DNA from: Synechococcus sp. A15-28 | GTDB lineage: Bacteria; Cyanobacteriota; Cyanobacteriia; PCC-6307; Cyanobiaceae | Direction of reading: 5' to 3' | DNA length: 32,000 nucleotides | Assembly (NCBI RefSeq): GCF_014280175.1 | Contig: NZ_CP047931.1 | Span: 1,950,001 to 1,982,000 of the forward strand | Shown: positions 1 through 9,958 of the stretch, one piece after another | Position numbering within the stretch: position 1 is the first letter of the stretch | Layout: each line of letters starts with the position of its first letter | Notes under the pieces: generated by a model | Seen by the model: the letters and a program-made list of their open reading frames with translations, nothing else | Databases searched by the model: none | What the model was told of the DNA's origin: nothing | Made by a program: the position numbers and the translations under genes

Positions 1-1497
1 CTGATCAAAGGCCTCCAGGCAGACGCGACCGAAGGTGCTGCCCATCGGCTCCGGATTCCAGAGCAGCTTGCGTGCCGTCCACGGCATCATGCTCATCGGG
101 TTGTATCCAGGTTTGATCAGACCCTGATCAAAGCCGTATTGCTCCAGATGGGTGTGCGGCTGCAATCCGATGAAGAAGATCGCCGGTTCGACGCGATCGG
201 CACCAAAGATCGTTTCCAACTCACGGTGATAGGCAACGGTCTGACGAATGGTTTCGGGCCGTTCATCAATCACGTTGAAGGAGTAATTCACCGACACGTG
301 ATCACGGAACCCGGCATCAGCCAGCATCCGGCAGCTCTCCAGCACGGTTCTGAGGTTGTACCCCATGCGCATCTTGCGAACGAGTTCCTGGGAACCGGAG
401 GTGATGCCGATCTCGAAGTAGCTCATGCCCGTCTCCACCATCAGTTGCGCCAGCTCGGGATCGAGGTTGTCGGCGCGGATGTAGGCAGCCCAACGGATGC
501 CGGTGAGCCCCTCAGCTTTGATGGCTCGCAGTAATTCCTTGGCGTCCTCGATGTAGCGACGGGCAGGGATGAACTGAGCATCGGTGAACCAGAAGCCACG
601 CACCCCACGGTCGTAGAGCTGACGCATTTCCTTCACCACCTCCTCCACCGGATTCAGGCGAACCTGCTTGCCCTCAACAACGGTGTAGACGCAGTAGCAA
701 CAGTTGTGGGGACAGCCGCGTTTGGTCTGCACGCCGACGTAGAAGTCGCCCCCCTCGAGGTACCAGTTGAGCTGAGGCCAGATCGAGGCGATGTAGTCGT
801 AATCGCAGGCGGTCTTGGGCCGACTTTCCGGCTGTTCGTGGATCAATCCAGGGCGGGGTGACTCGCCCACCACAAAGCAACGTTCCTCATCGAGGGACGC
901 TCCCTGGATCAACTTCTCCAGCAGAGGTTCCCCTTCACCGATGGACACGATGGTTCCCTTCGGCAAGGAGCGCCCAAGCTGCTCGTAAAACACGCTGACC
1001 GCCCCGCCCCCAAGAACGGCACGGGCTGCCGGGTGATAACGACGGGCCTGTCGCAGTCCGGATCGCACCAAACCCTGATTGCGAAACAACTCTCCGTAAT
1101 GGGTGGTCATCAGCCGCAGTCCACCCAGAGCACCGTGCAGGCGCTTGAACGGGTTGCGGGCATAGAACACTTCAAAGGAGTTCTGAAGTGGATTGCCACC
1201 CCGTCCGTCGACGGGCGCGTAGATCTGGATGTCCCGCCAGGAGAACACCAGAAGCGTGGGCCGGAACTGATCGACGGTGGAGAGCAGGACCCGCTGAACG
1301 TCGAGGACTGGCAAGGCCGCCAGGTCAAGAATGCGTTGCGGCATTCCTGGAAAGCATTTGTGCAGATGGTCCGCCAGATAGATCGGACCGATCGGAAAAA
1401 TCGGATTACAGGGGAGCCGCACCAGCAGCACCCGTTCCTGGTTTGAGAACAACGCTGCTGCTGCAGGGATTTTCGGGACGCTAACAAGCGCCACCAC
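1..1497 (-). CDS. B12-binding-like/radical SAM protein (resembles the cyanobacterial 'photosystem II high light acclimation radical SAM' family); 3' end lies outside the window
   Basis: Continuous minus-strand frame not in the ORF track (runs off the left edge). It translates as ...QERVLLVRLPCNPIFPIGPIYLADHLHKCFPGMPQRILDL..., and near 690-735 as RGCPHNCCYC, a CxxxCxxC radical SAM cluster motif. It is divergent from psbA. An in-frame stop sits just upstream, so the start must be near 1450-1497 (GTG or TTG). Confidence 0.8.
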   Translation of the reverse strand, partial: MVALVSVPKIPAAAALFSNQERVLLVRLPCNPIFPIGPIYLADHLHKCFPGMPQRILDLAALPVLDVQRVLLSTVDQFRPTLLVFSWRDIQIYAPVDGRGGNPLQNSFEVFYARNPFKRLHGALGGLRLMTTHYGELFRNQGLVRSGLRQARRYHPAARAVLGGGAVSVFYEQLGRSLPKGTIVSIGEGEPLLEKLIQGASLDEERCFVVGESPRPGLIHEQPESRPKTACDYDYIASIWPQLNWYLEGGDFYVGVQTKRGCPHNCCYCVYTVVEGKQVRLNPVEEVVKEMRQLYDRGVRGFWFTDAQFIPARRYIEDAKELLRAIKAEGLTGIRWAAYIRADNLDPELAQLMVETGMSYFEIGITSGSQELVRKMRMGYNLRTVLESCRMLADAGFRDHVSVNYSFNVIDERPETIRQTVAYHRELETIFGADRVEPAIFFIGLQPHTHLEQYGFDQGLIKPGYNPMSMMPWTARKLLWNPEPMGSTFGRVCLEAFDQ

Positions 1498-1563
1498 GAA
1501 CAGCGCTCAACCATCCTTCACATTTGCTTTGTAAACGGGAGAACACACCTCTCAACCTTCCGT

Positions 1564-1569
1564 TACATT
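1564..1569 (+). promoter_or_regulatory. Possible -10 element (TACATT) of psbA
   Basis: TACATT lies 67 nt before the psbA ATG. No clear -35 at 17-18 nt spacing, so this is tentative. Confidence 0.3.
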
Positions 1570-1576
1570 GGTGTGA

Positions 1577-1619
1577 GGCAGGGCGTCCCTGCCCTTCCTT
1601 AAACCGTTCCTTCGGGAAC
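1577..1619 (+). promoter_or_regulatory. Two tandem hairpins in the psbA 5' leader
   Basis: GGCAGGG-CGT-CCCTGCC (1577-1593) and GTTCC-TTCG-GGAAC (1606-1619), the latter closing a C(UUCG)G tetraloop. Both stems are perfect. Confidence 0.55.
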
Positions 1620-1635
1620 ACTTCTTTCCGTTCTC

Positions 1636-2715
1636 ATGACCACCACCCTCCAGCAGCGCTCCGGCGCTTCCAGCTGGCAGGCCTTCTGCGAGTGGGTCAC
1701 CTCCACCAACAACCGTCTGTATGTCGGTTGGTTCGGTGTGCTGATGATCCCCACCCTGCTGGCTGCCACCATCTGCTTCGTCATCGCTTTCGTCGCCGCT
1801 CCTCCGGTTGACATCGATGGCATCCGCGAGCCTGTCGCTGGCTCCCTGATCTACGGCAACAACATCATCTCCGGTGCTGTTGTTCCTTCCAGCAACGCCA
1901 TCGGCCTGCACTTCTATCCCATCTGGGAAGCCGCTTCTCTCGATGAGTGGCTGTACAACGGCGGTCCTTTCCAGCTCGTCGTCTTCCACTTCCTGATCGG
2001 CATCTACGCCTACATGGGTCGTGAGTGGGAACTCTCCTACCGCCTGGGCATGCGCCCCTGGATCTGCGTCGCCTACAGCGCACCTGTCGCTGCTGCCTCT
2101 GCAGTCTTCCTGGTCTACCCCTTCGGTCAGGGCTCCTTCTCTGACGCCATGCCCCTGGGCATCTCCGGCACGTTCAACTACATGCTGGTGTTCCAGGCTG
2201 AGCACAACATCCTGATGCACCCCTTCCACATGCTGGGTGTTGCAGGTGTGTTCGGTGGTTCCCTGTTCTCCGCCATGCACGGCTCCCTGGTGACCTCCTC
2301 CCTGGTGCGTGAAACCACCGAGACCGAGTCCCAGAACTACGGCTACAAGTTCGGCCAAGAGGAAGAGACCTACAACATCGTGGCTGCCCACGGTTACTTC
2401 GGTCGCCTGATCTTCCAATACGCCTCCTTCAACAACAGCCGTAGCCTTCACTTCTTCCTGGCTGCCTGGCCTGTTGTCGGCATCTGGTTCACCGCCCTGG
2501 GCGTGTCAACCATGGCCTTCAACCTGAACGGCTTCAACTTCAACCAGTCCATCCTTGATGGTCAGGGCCGCGTCCTGAACACCTGGGCCGACGTGTTGAA
2601 CCGTGCCGGCCTCGGTATGGAAGTGATGCACGAGCGCAACGCTCACAACTTCCCCCTCGACCTGGCTGCTGCTGAGTCCACTCCTGTGGCTCTGCAAGCT
2701 CCTGCCATCGGTTGA
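1636..2715 (+). CDS. psbA: Photosystem II D1 protein, Glu130 (high-light/D1:2-type) form
   Basis: 359-aa ORF matching D1 throughout ([51 protein letters not shown]). Counting from Met1, residue 130 is E (YMGRE). Confidence 0.99.
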   Translation: MTTTLQQRSGASSWQAFCEWVTSTNNRLYVGWFGVLMIPTLLAATICFVIAFVAAPPVDIDGIREPVAGSLIYGNNIISGAVVPSSNAIGLHFYPIWEAASLDEWLYNGGPFQLVVFHFLIGIYAYMGREWELSYRLGMRPWICVAYSAPVAAASAVFLVYPFGQGSFSDAMPLGISGTFNYMLVFQAEHNILMHPFHMLGVAGVFGGSLFSAMHGSLVTSSLVRETTETESQNYGYKFGQEEETYNIVAAHGYFGRLIFQYASFNNSRSLHFFLAAWPVVGIWFTALGVSTMAFNLNGFNFNQSILDGQGRVLNTWADVLNRAGLGMEVMHERNAHNFPLDLAAAESTPVALQAPAIG

Positions 2716-2752
2716 TCTGGAATCAACAAACGATTCAGATCAACTGAATCGG

Positions 2753-2780
2753 AAAGCCCCCTCCGAGGAGGGGGCTTTTT
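2753..2780 (+). terminator. Rho-independent terminator after psbA
   Basis: AAAGCCCCCTCC GA GGAGGGGGCTTTTT: near-perfect GC-rich stem followed by a T-run, 38 nt after the psbA stop. Confidence 0.9.
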
Positions 2781-2825
2781 GTTGTGCAAACGCAATTAGC
2801 GATCAGTTCCGGTCACAATGCCGCC

Positions 2826-3206
2826 ATGAGCCACTCCATCTCCACTCGGCTGCTGCTGTTGCTGGCGCTGACCCTGCCAGCACAGGCTGCCGGACCGCCA
2901 CCAACCTGGCCCAGCAAGGATCAATTGCGTGCTGTTAAGAGGGCGGCGTTTGACTGTTCCAGGGAGAACAGCAAGGAAACCTGCGATCGCGCACGGTCTC
3001 TGGCTGACCCTCTGATGGATCACCCTTTGCTGCCTGGAGTCTGCAAGGACGTGGCCTGGAGCCTGTTGGAACAGGCCAGAGTGGCGCCAACCAACGATTA
3101 CAAACGTCGCGACGCCATCGACGAACCGGCACGGAGGATCACGCGGATCTGTGCCAAACCTGCCAAACCGAAGAAAGCCAAACCGGTGGCACCGACGCAG
3201 TCCTGA
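2826..3206 (+). CDS. Small predicted secreted protein, unknown function
   Basis: The ORF track gives 2784..3206. The internal ATG at 2826 gives MSHSISTRLLLLLALTLPAQAAG, a good signal peptide, followed by a Cys-containing, Lys-rich-tailed protein. Confidence 0.6.
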   Translation: MSHSISTRLLLLLALTLPAQAAGPPPTWPSKDQLRAVKRAAFDCSRENSKETCDRARSLADPLMDHPLLPGVCKDVAWSLLEQARVAPTNDYKRRDAIDEPARRITRICAKPAKPKKAKPVAPTQS

Positions 3207-3297
3207 TCAACAGGTAATCCCGCGTGAGGTCGACCACCTCAGGTAACGACAGCAACTGGTCGTACCCAACACGGTGGAAGGCCTTTTCCATGTTTAG

Positions 3298-4983
<1,686 letters not shown>

Positions 4984-5006
4984 AGAGAGAACCAATCACG
5001 AACAGC

Positions 5007-5034
5007 AAAGCCACCCCGAGGGGTGGCTTTTTTT
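5007..5034 (+). terminator. Rho-independent terminator after pgm
   Basis: AAAGCCACCCC GA GGGGTGGCTTTTTTT, stem plus T-run. It may act bidirectionally with the convergent minus-strand operon. Confidence 0.88.
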
Positions 5035-5047
5035 GGTGGGATTCATT

Positions 5048-5347
5048 TCAGAGCGGACGACGGCCCCGGTACGGGTTCTTCGGGCGATAGAGAGGGTCGT
5101 TGGCCTCCTCTTGCAACTGGCGCATGGTTTCGATGGCGAAACCACCCAGGCCGCCTGAGCTGATCACCATCAGATAGAAGAGGCGCAGGCGCCGCAGATC
5201 GATCTCCGCCGGGCTGTTGTCGATCAGCACCTTGATGAAATAAGCCACCGCAGCCCCAAGGGCACAGCCAATGGCAACAGCCACCAGAACCCTCATGCCA
5301 CTGAAGGGCTTGGTCTGATTGAGCTCAGGCTTCTTTCCAGACATCAA
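5048..5347 (-). CDS. Small conserved-looking membrane protein, unknown function
   Basis: 99 aa with two predicted TM segments (VLVAVAIGCALGAAVAYFI; LFYLMVISSGGLGGFAI). It overlaps the end of the RND gene by 4 nt. Confidence 0.75.
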   Translation of the reverse strand: MMSGKKPELNQTKPFSGMRVLVAVAIGCALGAAVAYFIKVLIDNSPAEIDLRRLRLFYLMVISSGGLGGFAIETMRQLQEEANDPLYRPKNPYRGRRPL

Positions 5348-8300
5348 CCCGGCTGCGTGGTTGGGGTAGAAGCCTCATCCTGTGGCTTGGCATCCGCCTG
5401 ACCCAGCAACGACTTCATCACCACGTAGAACACAGGCACCACCAGGGTGGAGAGGAATGTGGCCACCAGCAGGCCGCCGAACACCACCAGACCCAGGGAC
5501 GACTGACTCTGGGCACCGGCACCGCTGGCCAGCATCAGCGGAAGGAAACCGGTAAGGGACGAGATCGCCGTCATCAGAATCGGCCGCAGACGGGATTTCG
5601 CTGAGAACTTGGCGGCTTCCAGGGCCGACTCACCCTCACCCATTTTCTGGTTGGCCAGGTCGACGATCAGAATCGCGTTGCCACCCGCCAGACCGATCAG
5701 CATCACCAGACCCACCTGGGCGTAGATGTTGAGAACCTGGCCGGCCCCGCCGAGGAACACCAGAGCACCAAGCAGTGCGGTGGGCACCGTCAGCAGGATG
5801 ATGATCGGATCGGAGTAGCTCTCGTACTGGGCCGACAGCACCAGGAACACCGCCAGGATGCCCAGGGCGAAGATCACGACGGCCAGGGATCCGGCCTTCA
5901 CTTCTTCACGGGAGATGCCAGTCCAGTCGAAACCGAGACCCTGATAGCTGCCAGCGCTGAAGATCTGCTTCATCGCCCCGATCGCCTGACCGGAACTGTT
6001 GCCCTCCTTGGGAGTGCCCTCGATCTTGATCGAGCGATAAAGGTTGAAGTGAGGAATCACACTCGGGCCCACGGTCTGTTTGACCGTGAAGAACTCCGAG
6101 AGGGGGACCTGCTCACCCTCGATGTTGGGCACATAGATGGCGGACAGGCGCTGAGGGGTGGCCCGACTCACTTCATCGGCCTGCACATAGACGCGACGCA
6201 CCTTGCCTTCCTGGAAGGTGTCGTTCACATAGGCACCACCGAAGTTGACGCTGAAGGCGGACATGGCGGAGCCGAAGTCCACGCCGAGAGACGCCATCTG
6301 CTCACGATCCACATTGATCTTGTATTGCGGCGCCTGAGGTGAGAACAGCGAGTAAACGCGGTTCAGCACGGGGTTGGCATTGCCGGCCTGCATGATCTGC
6401 TGCGCCGTGCCGAAGAAGTCGTTGAGGGAATAGACACCGCTGCTCTGATCCAGCAGCTGGAACTCGAAGCCACCGCCGGTGCCATAACCCGGGATTGAAG
6501 GCGGCTCCACCACGAACACCCGGCCGGCATCGATGGCGCCATACATCTTGGCGTTGAGACGCTTCACCACGGCACCCACGGTGTGTTCAGCGCCAGGACG
6601 TTCATCCCAGTGCTTCATGCCGATGAAGAACAGACCCTTGTTGGGTGCGTTGCCATCAAGGCTGGCGCCACTGAACAGGGCAGCGGAGGCCACATCCTCT
6701 TCAGTGCGAAGAACTTCAGCCACCTGGCGGTTGATCGCCAGGGTTTTCTCGTTGGAGACGCCATCAGGCGCCTGGACGAAACCGATGGCGTACCCCTGAT
6801 CCTCAATCGGCACAAAACCGCCGGGGATGCGGGTGAAGGCAAAGCCGGTGAGCAGGATGCCGGCCGCCAGGGCCGCCATCACGATCGGACGGGCCTTCAT
6901 GACAGCGTCCAGGATGGAGGCGTAGCGCTTCTCAAAGCCGCTGTAGAAGCGGTTGAAGTTGGTGAAGATCACCGGAACGAAGTAGCCCCCCACCAGACCA
7001 ATGGCGGTGAACAGCACCACCGGAATCGGATTGGTGAAGATCACGCCGGTGGTGACCACCCCGACGGCCGCTCCACCAGCGGCGAAGGGAAGTCGTAGGG
7101 GCATCCCGGTGATCTTGGAAGCGATGAAGCCGATCACGCCACCCGCCACCATCGGGACGATGGCGGCCGCAGCACCATTGCCGGCGCTGAGCAGTCCATA
7201 AAAAAAGCCCAGCACCACACCGGCTGTGGCGTACTGATTACGGCTGAGCTCCTTGGTCTCCTTGGAGAGCAACAACGCCGACAACATCGGCGAGAACGTC
7301 AACGCATTGAAGGTGGAGATGCCGATCGAGAAGAGAATCGTGGCGGCGAACTGCTTGTAGATCGTGCCGGTGGCACCGGGGAAGAACAGCACCGGCAGGA
7401 ACACCGCCATCTTCACCAGGGAGGTGGCGATCACAGCGCCGAACAGCTCATCCATGGTTTCCATGGCTGCCTGAACAGAGGTCATGCCCTCCGCCTTCTT
7501 GGCGGAGGTGTCTTCCACCACCGTGATGGCATCGTCCACCACCAGACCCGTCGCCAGCACCAGGCCGAACAGGGTGAGCTGGTTGAGCGAGAAACCGAAG
7601 GCCAGCACCAAGGCGAAGGTGCCGATCAACGCCACAGGAATGGCAATGGCAGGCACAAGCGTCGCCTTCCAGTTCTGCAGGAACAGGAACAGGATCAGCA
7701 CCACAAGAATCACCGCATCCCGCAGGGAGTTGGTCACACCCTTGATCGACTGGTTGATGAAGTCGGTGGTGTCGTAGATCTTCTGAACGCCGAGGCCCAC
7801 GGGAAGGGTTTTCTCGAATTCATCCAGCACATCCTTCACACCGTTGGACACCTCAATGGCGTTGCTGCCGCTGAGCTGATAGATGGCAATACCAACGGAT
7901 GGCGTTCCTTTGAGGTCCATGGCATCGATGCCGTAGATCTCACCGCCGAGCTCCACCCGCCCCACATCCTTGAGGCGCACCAGGCCACCGGCATCGGTGG
8001 TTCTCAGAATGATGTTCTCGAACTCCTGAGTGCTGGTCAGGCGGCCCTGGAGCTGAACCGTGAAGGTGTATTCCTGACCTTCAGGGGCTGGTGCACCACC
8101 AATCTTGCCAGCAGCTACGAGTCGGTTCTGACTGCGCAGTTGATTGACCACATCGGTGGCCGAGAGGTTGTTGGCGGTGAGTTTTTCGGGATCCAGCCAG
8201 AGCCGGAAGGCGATCTTCCTGTTGCCGAAGTAGGTGACATCGCCGACGCCTTTGACGCGCTTTACGTTGTCGGTGAGGTTCTTGTCGAGATAGCCACTGA

Positions 8301-8775
8301 TCGTCTCCACCGAGTATTCGGTCTTGGAGGGGTCTTCGTTGACGAAGTTGTAAACGAGCAGGATCGAGTTGGAGGCCTTGTTAACCGTCACCCCCGACTT
8401 GCGCACCTCCTCAGGCAGCTGGGGTTCGGCCAGGGAAACGCGGTTCTGCACGTTCACCTGATTGATGTTGCCGTCCGTGCCGCTTTCAAACGACACCGAG
8501 ATCGAGCTCACGCCATCGGAGGAGCTGTTGGAGGTGATGAAGTCCATGTTCTCCACCCCGTTGATCTGCTGCTCAAGCACAGAGGTGACCCCCTGCTCGA
8601 CAGCCTCGGCATCAGCGCCCACGTAGGTGGCCTGGACCTTCACCGTGGGAGGTGCAATATCCGGCAGGTTTTCGATCGGCAGAATCGGAATCGCGATCAA
8701 ACCGACGATCACGATCAGCAGACTGCAGACCGTGCTGAGGACCGGCCTGGTGATGAAATTATTGGAAGCAGACAT
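5344..8775 (-). CDS. RND-family efflux permease, AcrB/HAE1-like
   Basis: 1143 aa; starts NNFITRPVLSTVCSLLIVIVGLIAIPILPIENLPDIAPPTVKVQATYVGADAEAVEQGVTSVLEQQINGVENMDFITS and includes GLVLATGLVVDDAITVVED. Typical tripartite RND pump sequence. Confidence 0.95.
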   Translation of the reverse strand: MSASNNFITRPVLSTVCSLLIVIVGLIAIPILPIENLPDIAPPTVKVQATYVGADAEAVEQGVTSVLEQQINGVENMDFITSNSSSDGVSSISVSFESGTDGNINQVNVQNRVSLAEPQLPEEVRKSGVTVNKASNSILLVYNFVNEDPSKTEYSVETISGYLDKNLTDNVKRVKGVGDVTYFGNRKIAFRLWLDPEKLTANNLSATDVVNQLRSQNRLVAAGKIGGAPAPEGQEYTFTVQLQGRLTSTQEFENIILRTTDAGGLVRLKDVGRVELGGEIYGIDAMDLKGTPSVGIAIYQLSGSNAIEVSNGVKDVLDEFEKTLPVGLGVQKIYDTTDFINQSIKGVTNSLRDAVILVVLILFLFLQNWKATLVPAIAIPVALIGTFALVLAFGFSLNQLTLFGLVLATGLVVDDAITVVEDTSAKKAEGMTSVQAAMETMDELFGAVIATSLVKMAVFLPVLFFPGATGTIYKQFAATILFSIGISTFNALTFSPMLSALLLSKETKELSRNQYATAGVVLGFFYGLLSAGNGAAAAIVPMVAGGVIGFIASKITGMPLRLPFAAGGAAVGVVTTGVIFTNPIPVVLFTAIGLVGGYFVPVIFTNFNRFYSGFEKRYASILDAVMKARPIVMAALAAGILLTGFAFTRIPGGFVPIEDQGYAIGFVQAPDGVSNEKTLAINRQVAEVLRTEEDVASAALFSGASLDGNAPNKGLFFIGMKHWDERPGAEHTVGAVVKRLNAKMYGAIDAGRVFVVEPPSIPGYGTGGGFEFQLLDQSSGVYSLNDFFGTAQQIMQAGNANPVLNRVYSLFSPQAPQYKINVDREQMASLGVDFGSAMSAFSVNFGGAYVNDTFQEGKVRRVYVQADEVSRATPQRLSAIYVPNIEGEQVPLSEFFTVKQTVGPSVIPHFNLYRSIKIEGTPKEGNSSGQAIGAMKQIFSAGSYQGLGFDWTGISREEVKAGSLAVVIFALGILAVFLVLSAQYESYSDPIIILLTVPTALLGALVFLGGAGQVLNIYAQVGLVMLIGLAGGNAILIVDLANQKMGEGESALEAAKFSAKSRLRPILMTAISSLTGFLPLMLASGAGAQSQSSLGLVVFGGLLVATFLSTLVVPVFYVVMKSLLGQADAKPQDEASTPTTQPG

Positions 8776-8784
8776 CGTTCAACC

Positions 8785-9864
8785 TCAGTTGGCCTTGGCG
8801 GGCTGCACCTGAACAGGCATCCCGTGCTTCAGGTTGAGCAGATTGGTGGTGGCCACCTTCTGATTGGCCTCAAGCCCCTTGGTGATCGGGTACAGCTGAT
8901 TCTCGAGTTCGCCCACGGTGACGGGGGTCTGCAGAGCGAACTGGGAATCGGCGGGAAGTTTGCCAGCCTTGATGCCCTTCTCCAGCTTGTCGAGGTCAGC
9001 CTTGCCAGGGTTCTGCTCGAGCTCCTCGAAACTGCCGAGGCGGAACACGAAGCTCTGGCCGGAGGTCTGGGTCACCGCTGCAAAGGGAACCGACAGCTCC
9101 TGTTGCGACTTGATCTGCACCCTGGTGCGCAGGCGCTGGCCATCGCGCAACTTGCCGTCGGCATTGGGGAAGACCGCCTTCACCAGAAGCCCCTGGGTCT
9201 TTTTGTTGACCCTTGGGTCGATTGAATCCACTTTGCCTGTGGCAATTACGTTCTCACTGCCTGGCGCACTGAGCAGCACCGGCTGACCCAGCGCGAGACG
9301 ACTGGCAAACACCGCAGGCACTTCAACGCGGGCTTCCAGCTCGTTGTTCTGAACCAGGCTGGTGAACACCTGCCCCTGTTGGATCACATCACCCACCTTC
9401 ACCTTCACATCGGCAACGGTGCCGCCGGAGGGGGAGCGCAGGTTGCTGTAACTCAGCTTGGCCATCGCTGAGATGTACTGGGTGCGATAGCGATCCAGCT
9501 CCTTCTGGGAGGTGGCTCCTGTCTCGGCCAGGTAGCGGTAGCGGTCGTAGTTGGCCTTGGCGGTTTCAGCCTTGGCTTTTTCTTCGGCTTGATCCAGCAC
9601 CACCAGCAACTGGCCGGGATCCACTTCATCGCCTTGCTTGATCTTCAGCTCAAGGATCCGGCCACCCGACTGTGCGGCCAGCTCCACCAGGTTGCTGGCC
9701 TCCAGGGTGCTGACGGTGTCGACCCCTTCGGTGAAATCCGCCATCTGGGCGGAGACGGCCTGAACCTTCGGCGGCGGCGGCGGCGGCTGAGGCGCTTCTC
9801 CCTTACAGGAACTGACGGTGACCAGAGCGGCGAGGGAAAGGAGCAGTCGCTGCGGATGACGCAC
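8785..9864 (-). CDS. RND efflux periplasmic adaptor (MFP/AcrA-like lipoprotein)
   Basis: 359 aa; lipoprotein-like N-terminus (LLLSLAALVTVSSCKG) followed by PPPPPPKV; contains biotinyl-lipoyl-like and coiled-coil regions (GDEVDPGQLLVVLDQAEEKAKAE...). It lies immediately upstream of the RND permease. Confidence 0.92.
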   Translation of the reverse strand: MRHPQRLLLSLAALVTVSSCKGEAPQPPPPPPKVQAVSAQMADFTEGVDTVSTLEASNLVELAAQSGGRILELKIKQGDEVDPGQLLVVLDQAEEKAKAETAKANYDRYRYLAETGATSQKELDRYRTQYISAMAKLSYSNLRSPSGGTVADVKVKVGDVIQQGQVFTSLVQNNELEARVEVPAVFASRLALGQPVLLSAPGSENVIATGKVDSIDPRVNKKTQGLLVKAVFPNADGKLRDGQRLRTRVQIKSQQELSVPFAAVTQTSGQSFVFRLGSFEELEQNPGKADLDKLEKGIKAGKLPADSQFALQTPVTVGELENQLYPITKGLEANQKVATTNLLNLKHGMPVQVQPAKAN

Positions 9865-9958
9865 GGAGGTTGAGCCAATAGGCGATTATGTGCTGAAAGT
9901 CACTGGGCTGCAGTATCCCCGCGCGAGGTGTTCTATTGGGACCGTCGGTGCAGCTCCG

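Noticed and set aside
1110-1514. 134-aa minus ORF (MVERCSWWRLLASRKS...)
   Set aside because: Different frame from the conserved radical-SAM protein on the same strand. Low-complexity residue usage is typical of a shadow ORF in high-GC DNA.
1552-2451. 299-aa minus-strand ORF antisense to psbA
   Set aside because: Shadow frame of a highly conserved gene; His/Gln/Gly/Val-rich translation with no domain resemblance.
8140-9225. 361-aa plus-strand ORF opposite the RND operon
   Set aside because: Antisense to well-supported AcrB/AcrA-like genes; translation is an antisense artefact.
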